From positions 4,128,001 through 4,192,000 of the forward strand of contig OY764159.1 in the NCBI GenBank assembly GCA_963668175.1: DNA of 64,000 nt, in the 5' to 3' direction. Positions 9,653 to 19,998 of this stretch are shown piece by piece. The DNA is from Syntrophales bacterium (lineage in GTDB: Bacteria; Desulfobacterota; Syntrophia; Syntrophales; PHBD01). The notes beneath the pieces are model-generated. The model searched no databases. It saw nothing but the letters and a program-made list of their open reading frames with translations, and was not told where the DNA came from. Position numbers and translations under genes: made by a program. How positions within the stretch are numbered: the stretch's first letter is position 1; every line of letters begins with the position of its first letter.

Positions 9653-10600
9653 CTAGCGACGGCTCCGGTCGGCGATCACCCGCCTTCCGGCCTGGGCGAC
9701 ATTTTCGGCCGTGAGGCCGTAATGCTCGAAAAGGTCCGCTGCCGTACCGGAAGAACAGAAGGTATCATTGATGCCGATCCTTCTCATGGGTACCGGACAT
9801 TGTTCCGAAAGGACCTCGGAGACGGCGCTTCCCAGCCCGCCGATGATGGAGTGTTCCTCCGCTGTAATGATCGCCTTTGTCTCTTTGGCGCAGGAAACGA
9901 TCAATTCGTCGTCGATCGGTTTGATGGACGACATGTTGACGACTCGGGCGGATATGTTTTCCTGTTGAAGGATTTCCGCCGCTTTCAGCGATACGTGCAC
10001 CATGTATCCGGCGGCTATGATCGTCAGATCGGAGCCCCTGCGGACGATACTTCCCTGACCGATCCGGAATGTGAGGTTTTCATCGTAAAGGACGGGGAAT
10101 TTCATCCTGGACGTACGAACGTAAAAGGGTCCCGGGGCGGCGATGATGGTCTTCATGATGGCCTTCATTTCCATACCGTCGGCGGGAATCAGAACACGCA
10201 TGTTCGGGATGGCCCTCATCAACGCCAGATCTTCCGTCATCTGATGGCTTGCTCCGTCCTCGCCGACGGATATGCCGCCGTGGCTGGCGACGATCTTGAC
10301 ATTAAGGTTGGGATAGGCGATGGCCTGCCGCACCTGCTCCCAGGCGCGCCCCGAGGCGAACACGGCAAAGGTGCTGGCGAAGGGAATCTTCCCTGCCAGA
10401 GCGAGCCCGGCCGCCGTTCCCATCATGTCCTGCTCGGACACGCCCATATTAAAGAACCGCTCGGGACATTCCTTCGCAAAAAATTTGGTCATGGTCGAAG
10501 ACGAGAGATCGGCATCGAGGACAACGATATTCTTATTGGTACGTCCCAATTCCGCCAGGGTCTCTCCGTACGTTTCCCTGGTACCCATCAGCTCCGCCAT
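9653..10600 (-). CDS. Transketolase, C-terminal subunit
   Basis: TRETYG, LDADLSSST, ERFFNMGVSEQ, GEDGASHQ, EEHSIIGGLGS. Confidence 0.93.
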   Translation of the reverse strand: MAELMGTRETYGETLAELGRTNKNIVVLDADLSSSTMTKFFAKECPERFFNMGVSEQDMMGTAAGLALAGKIPFASTFAVFASGRAWEQVRQAIAYPNLNVKIVASHGGISVGEDGASHQMTEDLALMRAIPNMRVLIPADGMEMKAIMKTIIAAPGPFYVRTSRMKFPVLYDENLTFRIGQGSIVRRGSDLTIIAAGYMVHVSLKAAEILQQENISARVVNMSSIKPIDDELIVSCAKETKAIITAEEHSIIGGLGSAVSEVLSEQCPVPMRRIGINDTFCSSGTAADLFEHYGLTAENVAQAGRRVIADRSRR

Positions 10601-10603
10601 AAC

Positions 10604-11434
10604 TTATACTCCCAGTTCTTTCAAGGCTGCGGCAAGCTCGTCGGCGGACGGCGCCACCCCGTGGTACTTGGCCTTGTTTTCAAATAACGAAACCCCTTTC
10701 CCTTTAACCGTCTTGGCGATGACGGCCGTGGGACGATCCGTTACGGATTTTCCTTTAACCTGCGTCAGTATCTTGACCAGAGCGGATAAATCGTGGCCGT
10801 CGATCTCGTGGGTATCCCAGCCGAAGGATGACCATTTATCCTTGATCGGCTCCACTCCTTTGACATCCTTGACGAAACCGTCAATTTGCAGCCCGTTGTT
10901 ATCCACAACGACCGTAACCTTGCCCAATTTATAATGCGCGGACGTCATAGCGGCTTCCCAGACCTGCCCTTCCTGCAACTCTCCGTCGCCAAGAACGGCG
11001 TAGACCTGGGATTCGATCCCGTCCAGCCTGAGTCCCAATGCGATGCCGTTCGCTACCGACAGGCCTTGCCCCAAGGAACCGGATGTCGCGTCGACGCCCG
11101 GGGTGAGTTTGGCGTTCGGATGCCCTTGCAGGCAGCTGTTCAATTGTCTCAAGGTTCCGAGTTCATCCATGCTGAAATAACCGGCCATGGACAGAACAGT
11201 GTACAGGGCGGGCGCCGCATGCCCCTTGGACAAAACGAACCGGTCGCGTTCCCGCCAAGCGGGATCGTCCGGCCGGTGCCGCATGACCTCGAAATAGAGC
11301 GCCACCAGGATGTCCGTGGCCGACAGGGACCCGCCGGTATGTCCCGAATTCGCCTTATTGAGCATCTTGAGGACGTTGATCCTCACTTGTCGCGCCGTTT
11401 CCTGTAATTGTCGGATTTTTTCTTCTGAAATCAT
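10604..11434 (-). CDS. Transketolase, N-terminal (TPP-binding) subunit
   Basis: SGHTGGSLS, RDRFVLSKGH, GSLGQG, GDGELQEGQVWEA. Confidence 0.93.
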   Translation of the reverse strand: MISEEKIRQLQETARQVRINVLKMLNKANSGHTGGSLSATDILVALYFEVMRHRPDDPAWRERDRFVLSKGHAAPALYTVLSMAGYFSMDELGTLRQLNSCLQGHPNAKLTPGVDATSGSLGQGLSVANGIALGLRLDGIESQVYAVLGDGELQEGQVWEAAMTSAHYKLGKVTVVVDNNGLQIDGFVKDVKGVEPIKDKWSSFGWDTHEIDGHDLSALVKILTQVKGKSVTDRPTAVIAKTVKGKGVSLFENKAKYHGVAPSADELAAALKELGV

Positions 11435-11593
11435 GAGTGGAACTCTGCCTTTTGTTCAGATGGGCCGTGGAACTGGCCAACGGTGCGCGAACCTAACACA
11501 GAAGGTAGGCCGTTGCAAGGCCATATTTGAGCATGATGGATACGTGAGCGATATTCATGCATTAACCGAGGAGAGCTAAAAATGGCGGGACGG

Positions 11594-12976
11594 TCACTTG
11601 CCGATGCAGAAGGTCGAAAAAATCCTGTTTAAGATATCCTCGGAGGTCGTCTTGCCGACGATGTCGTCCAGCCCTCCCAGGGCATCCCAGATATCATAGG
11701 CAACCAATTCCGGATTGCGGTCGGCCACGACGCCGGCCGTCGCCTGTCCGAGAAAATAGAGGGCCGTTTCCAAGGCAAGTTTATGGCGCACGTTGGACAG
11801 GATGACGTCTTCCGGGTTTTCTTCTCCGGCGTCACTCGCTGTCCGGCAAAGTACGTCGGTAAAATCGGACAGATCCTCGCCGAACTTCACGGACATTTTG
11901 ACGACGGGTCTGTCCGGGAACATCGATCTTAGCGCCCCTTCATCCAGGAGGCAGGGCAAATCGATTTTATTGATAATGGGAATGACGTTCCGGTCATGGA
12001 GTCGGGCTCCGACTTCGACGTCGTCTCCCGTCAGAGGCTCGCTGCCGTCGAACACCGCCAGGATAACATCCGCCTTGACAACCTGATCCCAGACCAGTTC
12101 GATCCCTTCTTCCTCTATCGGATCTTCCGTCCGCCTGATTCCGGCCGTATCCGTGATCTTAACGGGCATACCCTGGATATTGAGAAACTCCTCGATAAAA
12201 TCCCTGGTCGTCCCCGGAACAGGACTTACAATGGCCCGTTTCTCCCCCAGAAGCCGGTTCAGGAGGCTCGACTTGCCCACATTGGTCCTGCCGACAATGA
12301 CGGCACTGACGCCTTGCCGATAGGCCTTGCCCTCGCCGTAGGAAGACAGGAGGGCGTTGAGGTCGCGCATGACGGCCTGAAGTCTCTCCGTGATACGCTT
12401 ACCTTCTGCGGCGTCCGCAATATCGTCGGAAAAATCGAGGGAAGCCTCCACATCGGCCAGGACGTTCGTCAACTGCAGGCGGCTCGCTTCTACCTTTTCT
12501 TTAAGACCGCCCTTCAAATGGGTCAGAGCCAGATCAACGCCTTTTTCCGTCTTGGCCTGGATAAGATCGATAACGGCTTCCGCCTGACTGAGATCCATCC
12601 GGTTGTTGAGAAAAGCGCGTTTCGTGAATTCGCCCGGTTCGGCAAGCCTGGCCCCTGCCCGAACGGCTTCGTCCAGGACCTCCCGGAGGACGATGTTGCC
12701 CCCATGGCAATGTATTTCCAGAACGTCCTCACCCGTGTAGGAATGAGGCCTTCGCATGAGGGCAATCAGTACTTCATCGAGGATTTTCCCGGTCTTTCCG
12801 GAAACGATATCGCCGTGATAGAGTTTATGCGATTTGAATGGAACGGTGCCGCTTCGAGGCTTGAACAGTTTCCGTGCGATGCCCTCCGATTCGGGTCCGC
12901 TGAGCCTGACGATCCCTATGGCCCCTGCTCCCGGCGCGGTTGCTATCGCCGCTATGGTTTCTTCGGGATGCGCCAT
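11594..12976 (-). CDS. mnmE: tRNA modification GTPase MnmE
   Basis: TIAAIATAPG, SYTGEDVLEIHCHG, GRTNVGKSS, GTTRD, DTAG, NKID, C-terminal FCIGK. Confidence 0.97.
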   Translation of the reverse strand: MAHPEETIAAIATAPGAGAIGIVRLSGPESEGIARKLFKPRSGTVPFKSHKLYHGDIVSGKTGKILDEVLIALMRRPHSYTGEDVLEIHCHGGNIVLREVLDEAVRAGARLAEPGEFTKRAFLNNRMDLSQAEAVIDLIQAKTEKGVDLALTHLKGGLKEKVEASRLQLTNVLADVEASLDFSDDIADAAEGKRITERLQAVMRDLNALLSSYGEGKAYRQGVSAVIVGRTNVGKSSLLNRLLGEKRAIVSPVPGTTRDFIEEFLNIQGMPVKITDTAGIRRTEDPIEEEGIELVWDQVVKADVILAVFDGSEPLTGDDVEVGARLHDRNVIPIINKIDLPCLLDEGALRSMFPDRPVVKMSVKFGEDLSDFTDVLCRTASDAGEENPEDVILSNVRHKLALETALYFLGQATAGVVADRNPELVAYDIWDALGGLDDIVGKTTSEDILNRIFSTFCIGK

Positions 12977-12984
12977 GCCGTGTC

Positions 12985-13899
12985 TCAGGATGGATTCTTG
13001 GCACTCTTCGGTTTCTTTGCCGGCATAATCACGATCTTTCGGTAATCCCCTTCCCCCCGGCTTTTCGTCACCAGGGAAGTGTCATTCTGCAGAGCGAGAT
13101 GGATAATCCGGCGGTCGTGGGCATTCATGTTGCTTACGGTCACGGCTTTTTTGGTCTTCTTCACCTTTTCCCCGAGCTTGGAGGCAAGCGTCAAGAGGGA
13201 TTCTTCCCTTCTTTTTCTGTACGAGCCCGAGTCGATAATGATGGGTTTCCGGCCGTTCTCCGACTGGCTGGTCGCCTTGTTGACGATATACTGAATGGCA
13301 TCGAGATTCTGGCCGCGCTTTCCTATCAGAAGTCCGCCGCTGTCCCCCTCGATATTCAGAGTGATGGCCTCGCCGGTCTCCGCGACGGTTACCGGGCAGT
13401 CGACGCCCATTCGGGACAGGATGCCTTCCAGAATTGATTTTGCCTTTTCGGTGATCTTTTCATTCGATTCGGCGCCGGCTTCCGGTTGTCGTGGAGCGGG
13501 CGCATGAACATTGACCTGCGGTTCCTTTGCCGCTTCGGCCGGTGCCGCTCTCAATACCTCTGTTTCCCGCACCGGCGTTTTCACCACGGCAGGTTTAGCG
13601 GGAGGCGTCTTGACCGGTGCCGGTTTCGCAGGCGGCCGCTCTGCAGGTATCGCCTCCTTCGGGGATGAAGATGGTACGGCCCTCACCTGCGGCCGCTCAA
13701 CGGGTGCCGCCTCAAAGGCTATATCCAGATTTATCAAACTGGCCTTGATCAGGGCTTTTTTCGAGCCGATGCCCAGAAATCCCGTTGTCCCCTCCGATAT
13801 GATTTCAATATTGAGTTTTTCCCGCGGTACATTAAATTCGCGACAAGCCCTTTCAATGGCTTCATCGATGGTTTTTCCTTCTATCTCCACTGTACTCAT
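12985..13899 (-). CDS. jag: Jag/EloR/KhpB RNA-binding protein (Jag-N, KH, R3H)
   Basis: EGKTIDEAIE, LIGKRGQNLDAIQY, MNAHDRRIIHLAL; conserved position between yidC and mnmE. Confidence 0.93.
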   Translation of the reverse strand: MSTVEIEGKTIDEAIERACREFNVPREKLNIEIISEGTTGFLGIGSKKALIKASLINLDIAFEAAPVERPQVRAVPSSSPKEAIPAERPPAKPAPVKTPPAKPAVVKTPVRETEVLRAAPAEAAKEPQVNVHAPAPRQPEAGAESNEKITEKAKSILEGILSRMGVDCPVTVAETGEAITLNIEGDSGGLLIGKRGQNLDAIQYIVNKATSQSENGRKPIIIDSGSYRKRREESLLTLASKLGEKVKKTKKAVTVSNMNAHDRRIIHLALQNDTSLVTKSRGEGDYRKIVIMPAKKPKSAKNPS

Positions 13900-13916
13900 C
13901 TGAAACCTCGCTTCAA

Positions 13917-15545
13917 CTACGCTTTCTTATTGATGTAATATTGCTGTCCGATGCTGATGACGTTGTTGAACAGCCAGTAAATAACCAACCCCGACGGAAA
14001 GTTCAAAAACATAAACGTGAAAATGACGGGCATCCAGAGCATGATTTTGGCCTGCATGGGATCGCCGGGAGACGGGGTCATCTTCTGCTGAATGAACATG
14101 GTGCCGCCCATGATGATGGGAGTGATGTAATAGGGATCGGCGGCCGACAGATCCTGAATCCACCAGAAGAAGGGCGCATGCCGGAGCTCAATGGCGTACA
14201 GAAGCGCTTTGTAAAGCCCGAAAAAGACCGGAATCTGGATCAACATGGGGAGACAGCCGCCGAAGGGATTAACCTTGTTGGCTTTATAAAGCGCCATCGT
14301 TTCCTGGCTCAGCTTCTGCTTGTCGTTCTTATGTTTTTCCTGCAACTCTTTAATTTTCGGCGACAGCTTCTGCATCTCCTTCATGGATTTGTAACTTATG
14401 TTGCCGAGGGGCCAGAAGATGATCTTGATGATAAAAGTCAGAATGATGATGGCAATGCCGTAATTGCCGACATATTGATTGATATAGTTCACCGTGGACA
14501 AGAGGGGAATGGCAAGATACTTGAGCCAGGACCCGAAATCGATCGAATCTTCCAGCTTCATGTTCTGGGCCTTGAGGATGCCGTAATCCTTGGGTCCCAG
14601 GTAGATATTGTAATTGTACAGGCCGAACTGCCCGGGGGGGATGATGTTCTTGGGTCCCCTCAGGGAAACGGCAATGGTGTTCCTCTCGTCCTTGGCGACG
14701 GACAGACTGGTTTGGGACGGATTCTGCGGAATCAGTGAGGCGATGAAGTATTTGCTTTCAAAGCCGGCCCACGACACATCGGGTCCCAATGTGACGGCCT
14801 TCTCCACTTTCTTGGCTTCCATCCGCTCTACATCCTTGGAGATAAAGTACACGGGGCCGTTTTCAGGCGCCGAATCTTTTTCGTTTTTCGGATCAAAAGA
14901 CTCCGTCCAGGAAAGACTAGCATTCTGGGTCAGGGGATTGCTGGAAAGATTGTTGACCTTGATCTCCAACCCGAGAATGTACTTGTCGGGATAAAGCGTA
15001 AAGGTTTTCTCGACGCGTATATCCTTATAGGTTTGGGTGAATGTAATCTGCTTGTTTTCCCGGCTTTGCGTCATGTCGATAGACTGGGCGGCCGTATCGT
15101 ATACGATGCCCGCGGGAACATCGATGCTCGAATCCGGAAAGGAGATGGAGAGCGGCTGCTGAAGGGCATCGGCGGCGTTGACCAGTTCCTGCAACTCCGC
15201 GTTTTTGGTAAGTTCCTTTTTGTATCCTTTGAGTTTAAAAGACTTAAGTGTCCCATCCTTGGTAGTAAAGATCGCTTTATAAAGAGCCGTTTCCACGTGA
15301 ATGTCTCTGGCCGCGACAGCGGCAGCCGCCGGCGACACGGATTTGGCCGCCTGTGCCGGAGCTGCGCCCCCGGCGACTGCGGTCGCCGTTGTTGCGCTCT
15401 TGGCCGGCTGCGTGGATGAGGGAACAGCCGCCGTCTCCGTTTTGGCAGCGGGCTTTTGAGCTACCTGGGGTTTCATAAAGAAGATCTGGTAGACGAGAAC
15501 GACTGCAATAGAAAGGACGATGGCCAGGATAGTCCTTTTTTCCAT
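13917..15545 (-). CDS. yidC: Membrane protein insertase YidC
   Basis: YLGPK, IDFG, GNYGIAII, NPFGGCLPMLIQIPVFF, WIQDLS, PSGLVIYW. Confidence 0.97.
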   Translation of the reverse strand: MEKRTILAIVLSIAVVLVYQIFFMKPQVAQKPAAKTETAAVPSSTQPAKSATTATAVAGGAAPAQAAKSVSPAAAAVAARDIHVETALYKAIFTTKDGTLKSFKLKGYKKELTKNAELQELVNAADALQQPLSISFPDSSIDVPAGIVYDTAAQSIDMTQSRENKQITFTQTYKDIRVEKTFTLYPDKYILGLEIKVNNLSSNPLTQNASLSWTESFDPKNEKDSAPENGPVYFISKDVERMEAKKVEKAVTLGPDVSWAGFESKYFIASLIPQNPSQTSLSVAKDERNTIAVSLRGPKNIIPPGQFGLYNYNIYLGPKDYGILKAQNMKLEDSIDFGSWLKYLAIPLLSTVNYINQYVGNYGIAIIILTFIIKIIFWPLGNISYKSMKEMQKLSPKIKELQEKHKNDKQKLSQETMALYKANKVNPFGGCLPMLIQIPVFFGLYKALLYAIELRHAPFFWWIQDLSAADPYYITPIIMGGTMFIQQKMTPSPGDPMQAKIMLWMPVIFTFMFLNFPSGLVIYWLFNNVISIGQQYYINKKA

Positions 15546-15633
15546 GGATGACCTCCGGACAGATTTAATCTGTTCTATTAAGAATACAAAAATGCCGAAA
15601 GCTCACTCTTGTATCGTCATTGTCTCATTTGGC

Positions 15634-15870
15634 TTACTTCACGGGATCGTATCCGCCAGGATGCCAGGGGTGGCACCGGAGAAGACGCCTCATACCGAGA
15701 AAGAATCCCTTGATGGGGCCGTGATGCTTGATTGCCGAGATGGCATACTCGGAACATGATGGGTAAAAACGACAGCAGGTGGGAAATACGGGAGAAAGAA
15801 GCATTTGATATGCGCGGATACCAAACACCATACATCTTCCAGTCATCTTCGCAAGAGAGAGATCAAACAT
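15634..15870 (-). CDS. yidD: Membrane protein insertion efficiency factor YidD
   Basis: [27 protein letters not shown]. Confidence 0.93.
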   Translation of the reverse strand: MFDLSLAKMTGRCMVFGIRAYQMLLSPVFPTCCRFYPSCSEYAISAIKHHGPIKGFFLGMRRLLRCHPWHPGGYDPVK

Positions 15871-15873
15871 CTG

Positions 15874-16212
15874 TTATCTAATAAGCAAGGCCGCCAGCTC
15901 GCGCTCGACGTCACTGTAGGTTAGGGGTAATTGCAGCGATTTTTTGGCAATGACGACCATGTCTCGTGAGGGTGCAAGCCTCGATTTATTCAATCTGAAA
16001 AATTCTCTCAACAGACGCTTGATCCTGTTTCTTTTAACGGCATTTCCAACCTTTTTGCTGACCGTGACACCCAGTCTTCTCGTACCCTCCCGGTTTTTGC
16101 ATATGATAACGGTAAAGTTATCTGAATGCCTCCTCACTCCACGCTGATAGATGTCTGCAAATTCTTTTTTTCTGCGGATTCTCTCTCGTTTACCGAAGGA
16201 ATGTGGTCTCAT
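15874..16212 (-). CDS. rnpA: Ribonuclease P protein component
   Basis: RLGVTVSKKVGNAVKRNRIKRLLRE (RNR motif). Confidence 0.95.
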   Translation of the reverse strand: MRPHSFGKRERIRRKKEFADIYQRGVRRHSDNFTVIICKNREGTRRLGVTVSKKVGNAVKRNRIKRLLREFFRLNKSRLAPSRDMVVIAKKSLQLPLTYSDVERELAALLIR

Positions 16213-16276
16213 GTCTTTCAGGCCCTGAACACTCTTGACCGTGTCAACGGCCTGGATTAAACCCGCATGGAGGAAG

Positions 16277-16414
16277 CTAAACCGCGAGTTTTTTCCTGCC
16301 CTTGGCCCTTCGCCTGCTTAAAACCAGCCTGCCGCCCTGGGTGGACATCCGGACCAAAAAACCGTGGGTTCTTTTTCGTTTCTTATTGCTCTTGTTTGTC
16401 AGATTCTTCTTCAT
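16277..16414 (-). CDS. rpmH: 50S ribosomal protein L34 (45 aa, below the ORF-track cutoff)
   Basis: Manual translation [45 protein letters not shown]; lies directly upstream of rnpA. Confidence 0.93.
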   Translation of the reverse strand: MKKNLTNKSNKKRKRTHGFLVRMSTQGGRLVLSRRRAKGRKKLAV

Positions 16415-16607
16415 AGCGACACGGACTCCGAAATGAAAGTTTAAGAGGCGTCATAAACCATACTCAAATATGTTTGTCAAGGTTTAAATAACCGCCGTCT
16501 CGGTCCATGATCGGGAAATTCATTCAGGAAACGTCCTTCCCTGCCGGCTTTCCTTGAACAACGCCGGGTCCCTCCTTACGATGGTGCCTCGACCCGATGA
16601 GAAAGGT

Positions 16608-17498
16608 TCATTTGGGTCTATCTTCCGGTGCCTCCGGCTTCTTTGCCTGGTCGCCGCCGCTCCCTGCCTCCGGAAGAGGACCTTCTTTCTGATCAGGGGC
16701 GTCCTTGGCGACGCCCGGAGAGCCCCCGGCATCCGCTTTTTGTGCAGCATTGTCGCCTTCGTCATCGGGACCTTTAACAATCTCTTCGTAATCCGGTATG
16801 ACGATACCCCTTCGGATCATGATACCATATATTTTACGGGAACGGTTGGCAACGTAACTTGATGATCCCGTTGGGTTATATTTCCGGGGATTCGGAAGAA
16901 CGGCGGCCAGGCGGGAGGCCTCTTCGGCAGTCAGGGCCGCAGCCGATTTTCCGTAATATCGTCGGGCCGCCATTTCAATTCCGAAGAAACCGTCTCCCCA
17001 TTCGGCAACATTCAGATAAAGCTCGATAATGCGCTTCTTGGACAGGTTCTGTTCGATGCGCCACGTCAGGATGGCCTCCTTGATCTTCCGGATGGGATTC
17101 TTGCTGGGCGAAAGATATAAATTTTTAGCAAGTTGCTGAGTTATGGTGCTGCCGCCTATTTTAAATTTCTTTTTCTTGATGTCCTCTTCGATGGCTTTCT
17201 GGATGGCGTCGAAGTCAAATCCCTCATGTTCCCAAAACTTATCATCCTCGGCAATCAGAACCGCCTTTACAACAAAAGGAGAAATGCGCGCCAGGGGCAC
17301 CCAGGCGACCTGGGCTTTCTTTTTAAGCCCTTGATTCTCCCATTCCTTTTCCCGGTATTCCATGAAGGCTGTTTTTTTTGGGCTCGCCTTTTTGAGTTGC
17401 GAGACGCCTGGATAGAAGAAATAGATCCCTATATTCAAAGTGACGACCAGGATAAGACCTGATATCAGGATCAGTAACCATTTTTTCAACATGTTCAA
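16608..17498 (-). CDS. mtgA: Monofunctional peptidoglycan transglycosylase
   Basis: AEDDKFWEHEGFD, GGSTITQQLAKNLYL, RKIKE, ELYLN; low-complexity acidic tail. Confidence 0.92.
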   Translation of the reverse strand: MNMLKKWLLILISGLILVVTLNIGIYFFYPGVSQLKKASPKKTAFMEYREKEWENQGLKKKAQVAWVPLARISPFVVKAVLIAEDDKFWEHEGFDFDAIQKAIEEDIKKKKFKIGGSTITQQLAKNLYLSPSKNPIRKIKEAILTWRIEQNLSKKRIIELYLNVAEWGDGFFGIEMAARRYYGKSAAALTAEEASRLAAVLPNPRKYNPTGSSSYVANRSRKIYGIMIRRGIVIPDYEEIVKGPDDEGDNAAQKADAGGSPGVAKDAPDQKEGPLPEAGSGGDQAKKPEAPEDRPK

Positions 17499-17870
17499 AT
17501 GACCTCGGTCTATTCTTTCATGTATGGAAGAAATCGGACAGTCAGCAGGTCCCCCGGTGGGGCATTCGTCATTATCGCAATCATTATAAAATGTTCACAC
17601 AATATGAGGGGCTGCAATCTGCTGTCGTCTGCCGGTATTCTCCCGTGAGCTTCGGCACGGGGTTTGTTATCTCATTCAGGCATTTTTTAAAAGACCTAAA
17701 ATGCGGTTATCTCGGGTTATTTTCAGATAAATAAAAAAAACGATTTGACTTGCTTCAAACTTTTCAGTAAGTATTACGCGCAATTTTTGTGTGCAGCTGG
17801 TCATCCATTGCCAAAATCTGTGCACCGTGAATGTGGGGCATCCCCGGGAAGAAATTAAGGAGGTACCTTC

Positions 17871-18908
17871 ATGATGAAACGGCGGATTTTCCTATGGATG
17901 GGACTTAGCGTCCTGTTCTTAAGTACGTGCTTATGCACCGAGGGATTTTCCAAGGAGCGCTATCAGGTTAAGCAGGGTAGCACGCTCTTTACGATTGCGA
18001 AAAAATACGGCGTTTCCGTTGCGGACTTGAAAAAAGCGAACAATCTTCGCGGAAATGCCCTTAAACCGGGCCAGATTCTTACGATTCCGGACCGCAAGGA
18101 AGCGACGGCCGCCAAGGCGGACAAGAAGGTAAAACCCGTTGCCAAGGGTAAAACCGCCCCCGCTTCCAAAACCAGCTTCTATGTTGTGAAGAAAGGCGAT
18201 TCTATCTACAGCATCGCCAAGAAGACTGGACTGTCCGTTGCAGAAATCAAACAAATCAATCATTTACGCAGCAACGCCCTCAAGCCGGGCAGAAAGCTGG
18301 CGTTGGCACGACACGGTGTGGACAGGGACGACGCCCAGGATGCCATTGCCTCCCGTAAGAAAACAAGTGCTTTCGATCTCGATGACGACGATCTGGAAGA
18401 CGACAGCGTCGCCGTGGAAGACGATCCCAAGGATATCGAAAAAGAGAGAGGCGTCAGTTCCTCGCTCCTCGGTACATGGAACAATCCGGAAGAACCCCGT
18501 CTGCTTGTGAGAGTGGTTAAAGGCTTTCTGGGTACGCCCTATCGCATGGGGGGGTCGACGGTACGGGGCATCGATTGCTCGGGATTCGTCGCCAAGATCT
18601 ATGAATTCTTCGACGTGAGCCTTCCCAGAACGGCCAGGGAACAGGCCCGGGTCGGCAAGGTCGTGTCCAAGGATGAACTCGTCGAAGGAGATCTGGTTTT
18701 CTTCAATACGAGGCGGGCCTTCGGCCACGTCGGCATTTACATCGGCAATAACGAGTTTATCCATGCCTCGTCGGGTCGCAGTTCCAAGGCCGTCCGTATC
18801 GATAATCTGGATAAACCCTATTACCACAAGCGCTTCATCAAGGCCGTCCGGCTCAAAGGAATCGATGACAAGTCGGCCGTCCTCAAGAGCGGAGATGGTA
18901 AGGTGTAG
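17871..18908 (+). CDS. LysM x2 + NlpC/P60 peptidoglycan endopeptidase
   Basis: Signal peptide, two LysM domains (YQVKQGSTLFTIA, YVVKKGDSIYSIA), GTPYRMGG...GIDCSGF, GDLVFF, HVGIY; AAGGAGG RBS. Confidence 0.93.
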   Translation: MMKRRIFLWMGLSVLFLSTCLCTEGFSKERYQVKQGSTLFTIAKKYGVSVADLKKANNLRGNALKPGQILTIPDRKEATAAKADKKVKPVAKGKTAPASKTSFYVVKKGDSIYSIAKKTGLSVAEIKQINHLRSNALKPGRKLALARHGVDRDDAQDAIASRKKTSAFDLDDDDLEDDSVAVEDDPKDIEKERGVSSSLLGTWNNPEEPRLLVRVVKGFLGTPYRMGGSTVRGIDCSGFVAKIYEFFDVSLPRTAREQARVGKVVSKDELVEGDLVFFNTRRAFGHVGIYIGNNEFIHASSGRSSKAVRIDNLDKPYYHKRFIKAVRLKGIDDKSAVLKSGDGKV

Positions 18909-19131
18909 TCTCCCTCACCGGGTCGATAGGAACGTCCCTGTAAATGGATCAAACGCCAATGCCCGGTTTTCGGGGCCTGAGCGGAAAGCTTCGGGACATT
19001 TGATATTCAAACAGCAGCAGGGCAAGCGTGCTTTCCTGCCCGGCTGTTCCATTTTCAGTCTTGCCGTCAACGCCCGGTTAACGTAAGGGGCAAAGAACAC
19101 CCGCCGACGTAAACGGCATGATCGAAACTAA

Positions 19132-19626
19132 TCAGATAAACCGTTCAAATCTTTCCTTTTTCGCTTTACAGACGGGACAGAGTTCGGGCGGATGTGCTCT
19201 CGCGCAGAGATAGCCGCAGACCTTGCAGCGCCAGACGGGATACGGCAGAGGTTTATCCCAGGCACGACTTTCGGACAACTCACCGGTCTTCTTCGGGCGA
19301 TCAGGCGGCCTTCGTTCCGGAACAGGTTTGAGAACCGCCTCCCCCCGCACGACGGCACCAGATACATAGAGGGCGCAATAGCAGGCGCCGAACTCAATCA
19401 GATCGTCGTCGCGGTAATCGCAGGGACAGATGATATCCACGTCGTCTTCCTTCACGCCTTCGGCCAGCCGGCAGGGACAGGCCCAATAGCCGTACCTGCC
19501 TTCGTTCGTCAAAAGACCGGCGATGAGATCGAGCGTGAAAGACTCATCAGGGTTTAAATAATAGCCTGAACCTTCCGCCTCTTTTTTCAGCTTCGCATAA
19601 AGCTTGCTTACGGCCTCTTCCGTCAT
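19132..19626 (-). CDS. Ferredoxin:thioredoxin reductase catalytic-subunit homolog with C-terminal rubredoxin domain (FDR-type)
   Basis: CPCR, CPCD, CYC motifs, then WRCKVCGY...CPVC. Confidence 0.88.
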   Translation of the reverse strand: MTEEAVSKLYAKLKKEAEGSGYYLNPDESFTLDLIAGLLTNEGRYGYWACPCRLAEGVKEDDVDIICPCDYRDDDLIEFGACYCALYVSGAVVRGEAVLKPVPERRPPDRPKKTGELSESRAWDKPLPYPVWRCKVCGYLCARAHPPELCPVCKAKKERFERFI

Positions 19627-19904
19627 AGATTCAAGCTCTCCCGCATCTTCTGTTCGTCATAACCGACGATACAACGGCTGTTGTCGATGACAAGCGACGG
19701 AAACGAACACGCCGGATTCCATTTTCTGATTTCATCCATAACGGTCGCCCGTTCCTGTTTGTCGAGCAGATCGACATCGAGATACTGGAAATCGACATGC
19801 ATTTCTTCCAGAAAAGCTTTGGTTTTCTTGCACCAGACACAGGTACTCAGAGCATACAGCATCACGTCGCCCTTCTTGTCGCCTTTTACGTGTTTTATCG
19901 TCAT
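19623..19904 (-). CDS. Glutaredoxin/NrdH-like redoxin
   Basis: YALSTCVWC (CxxC), SFP cis-Pro motif, IVGYDE; 4-nt overlap with the FTR gene. Confidence 0.88.
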   Translation of the reverse strand: MTIKHVKGDKKGDVMLYALSTCVWCKKTKAFLEEMHVDFQYLDVDLLDKQERATVMDEIRKWNPACSFPSLVIDNSRCIVGYDEQKMRESLNL

Positions 19905-19998
19905 AGTTCATCCGCCTTTCGTGCGTTAATCTGGATTTACACCGATACAAGTATAGTATAATCTCATCTCCCTTACAAACGGGATTTGATCAGGAGGC

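Noticed and set aside
17640..17668. UUCG-capped hairpin with a T-rich tail between mtgA and the NlpC/P60 gene
   Set aside because: No convincing upstream promoter or riboswitch (c-di-AMP, c-di-GMP) consensus; insufficient support for a call.
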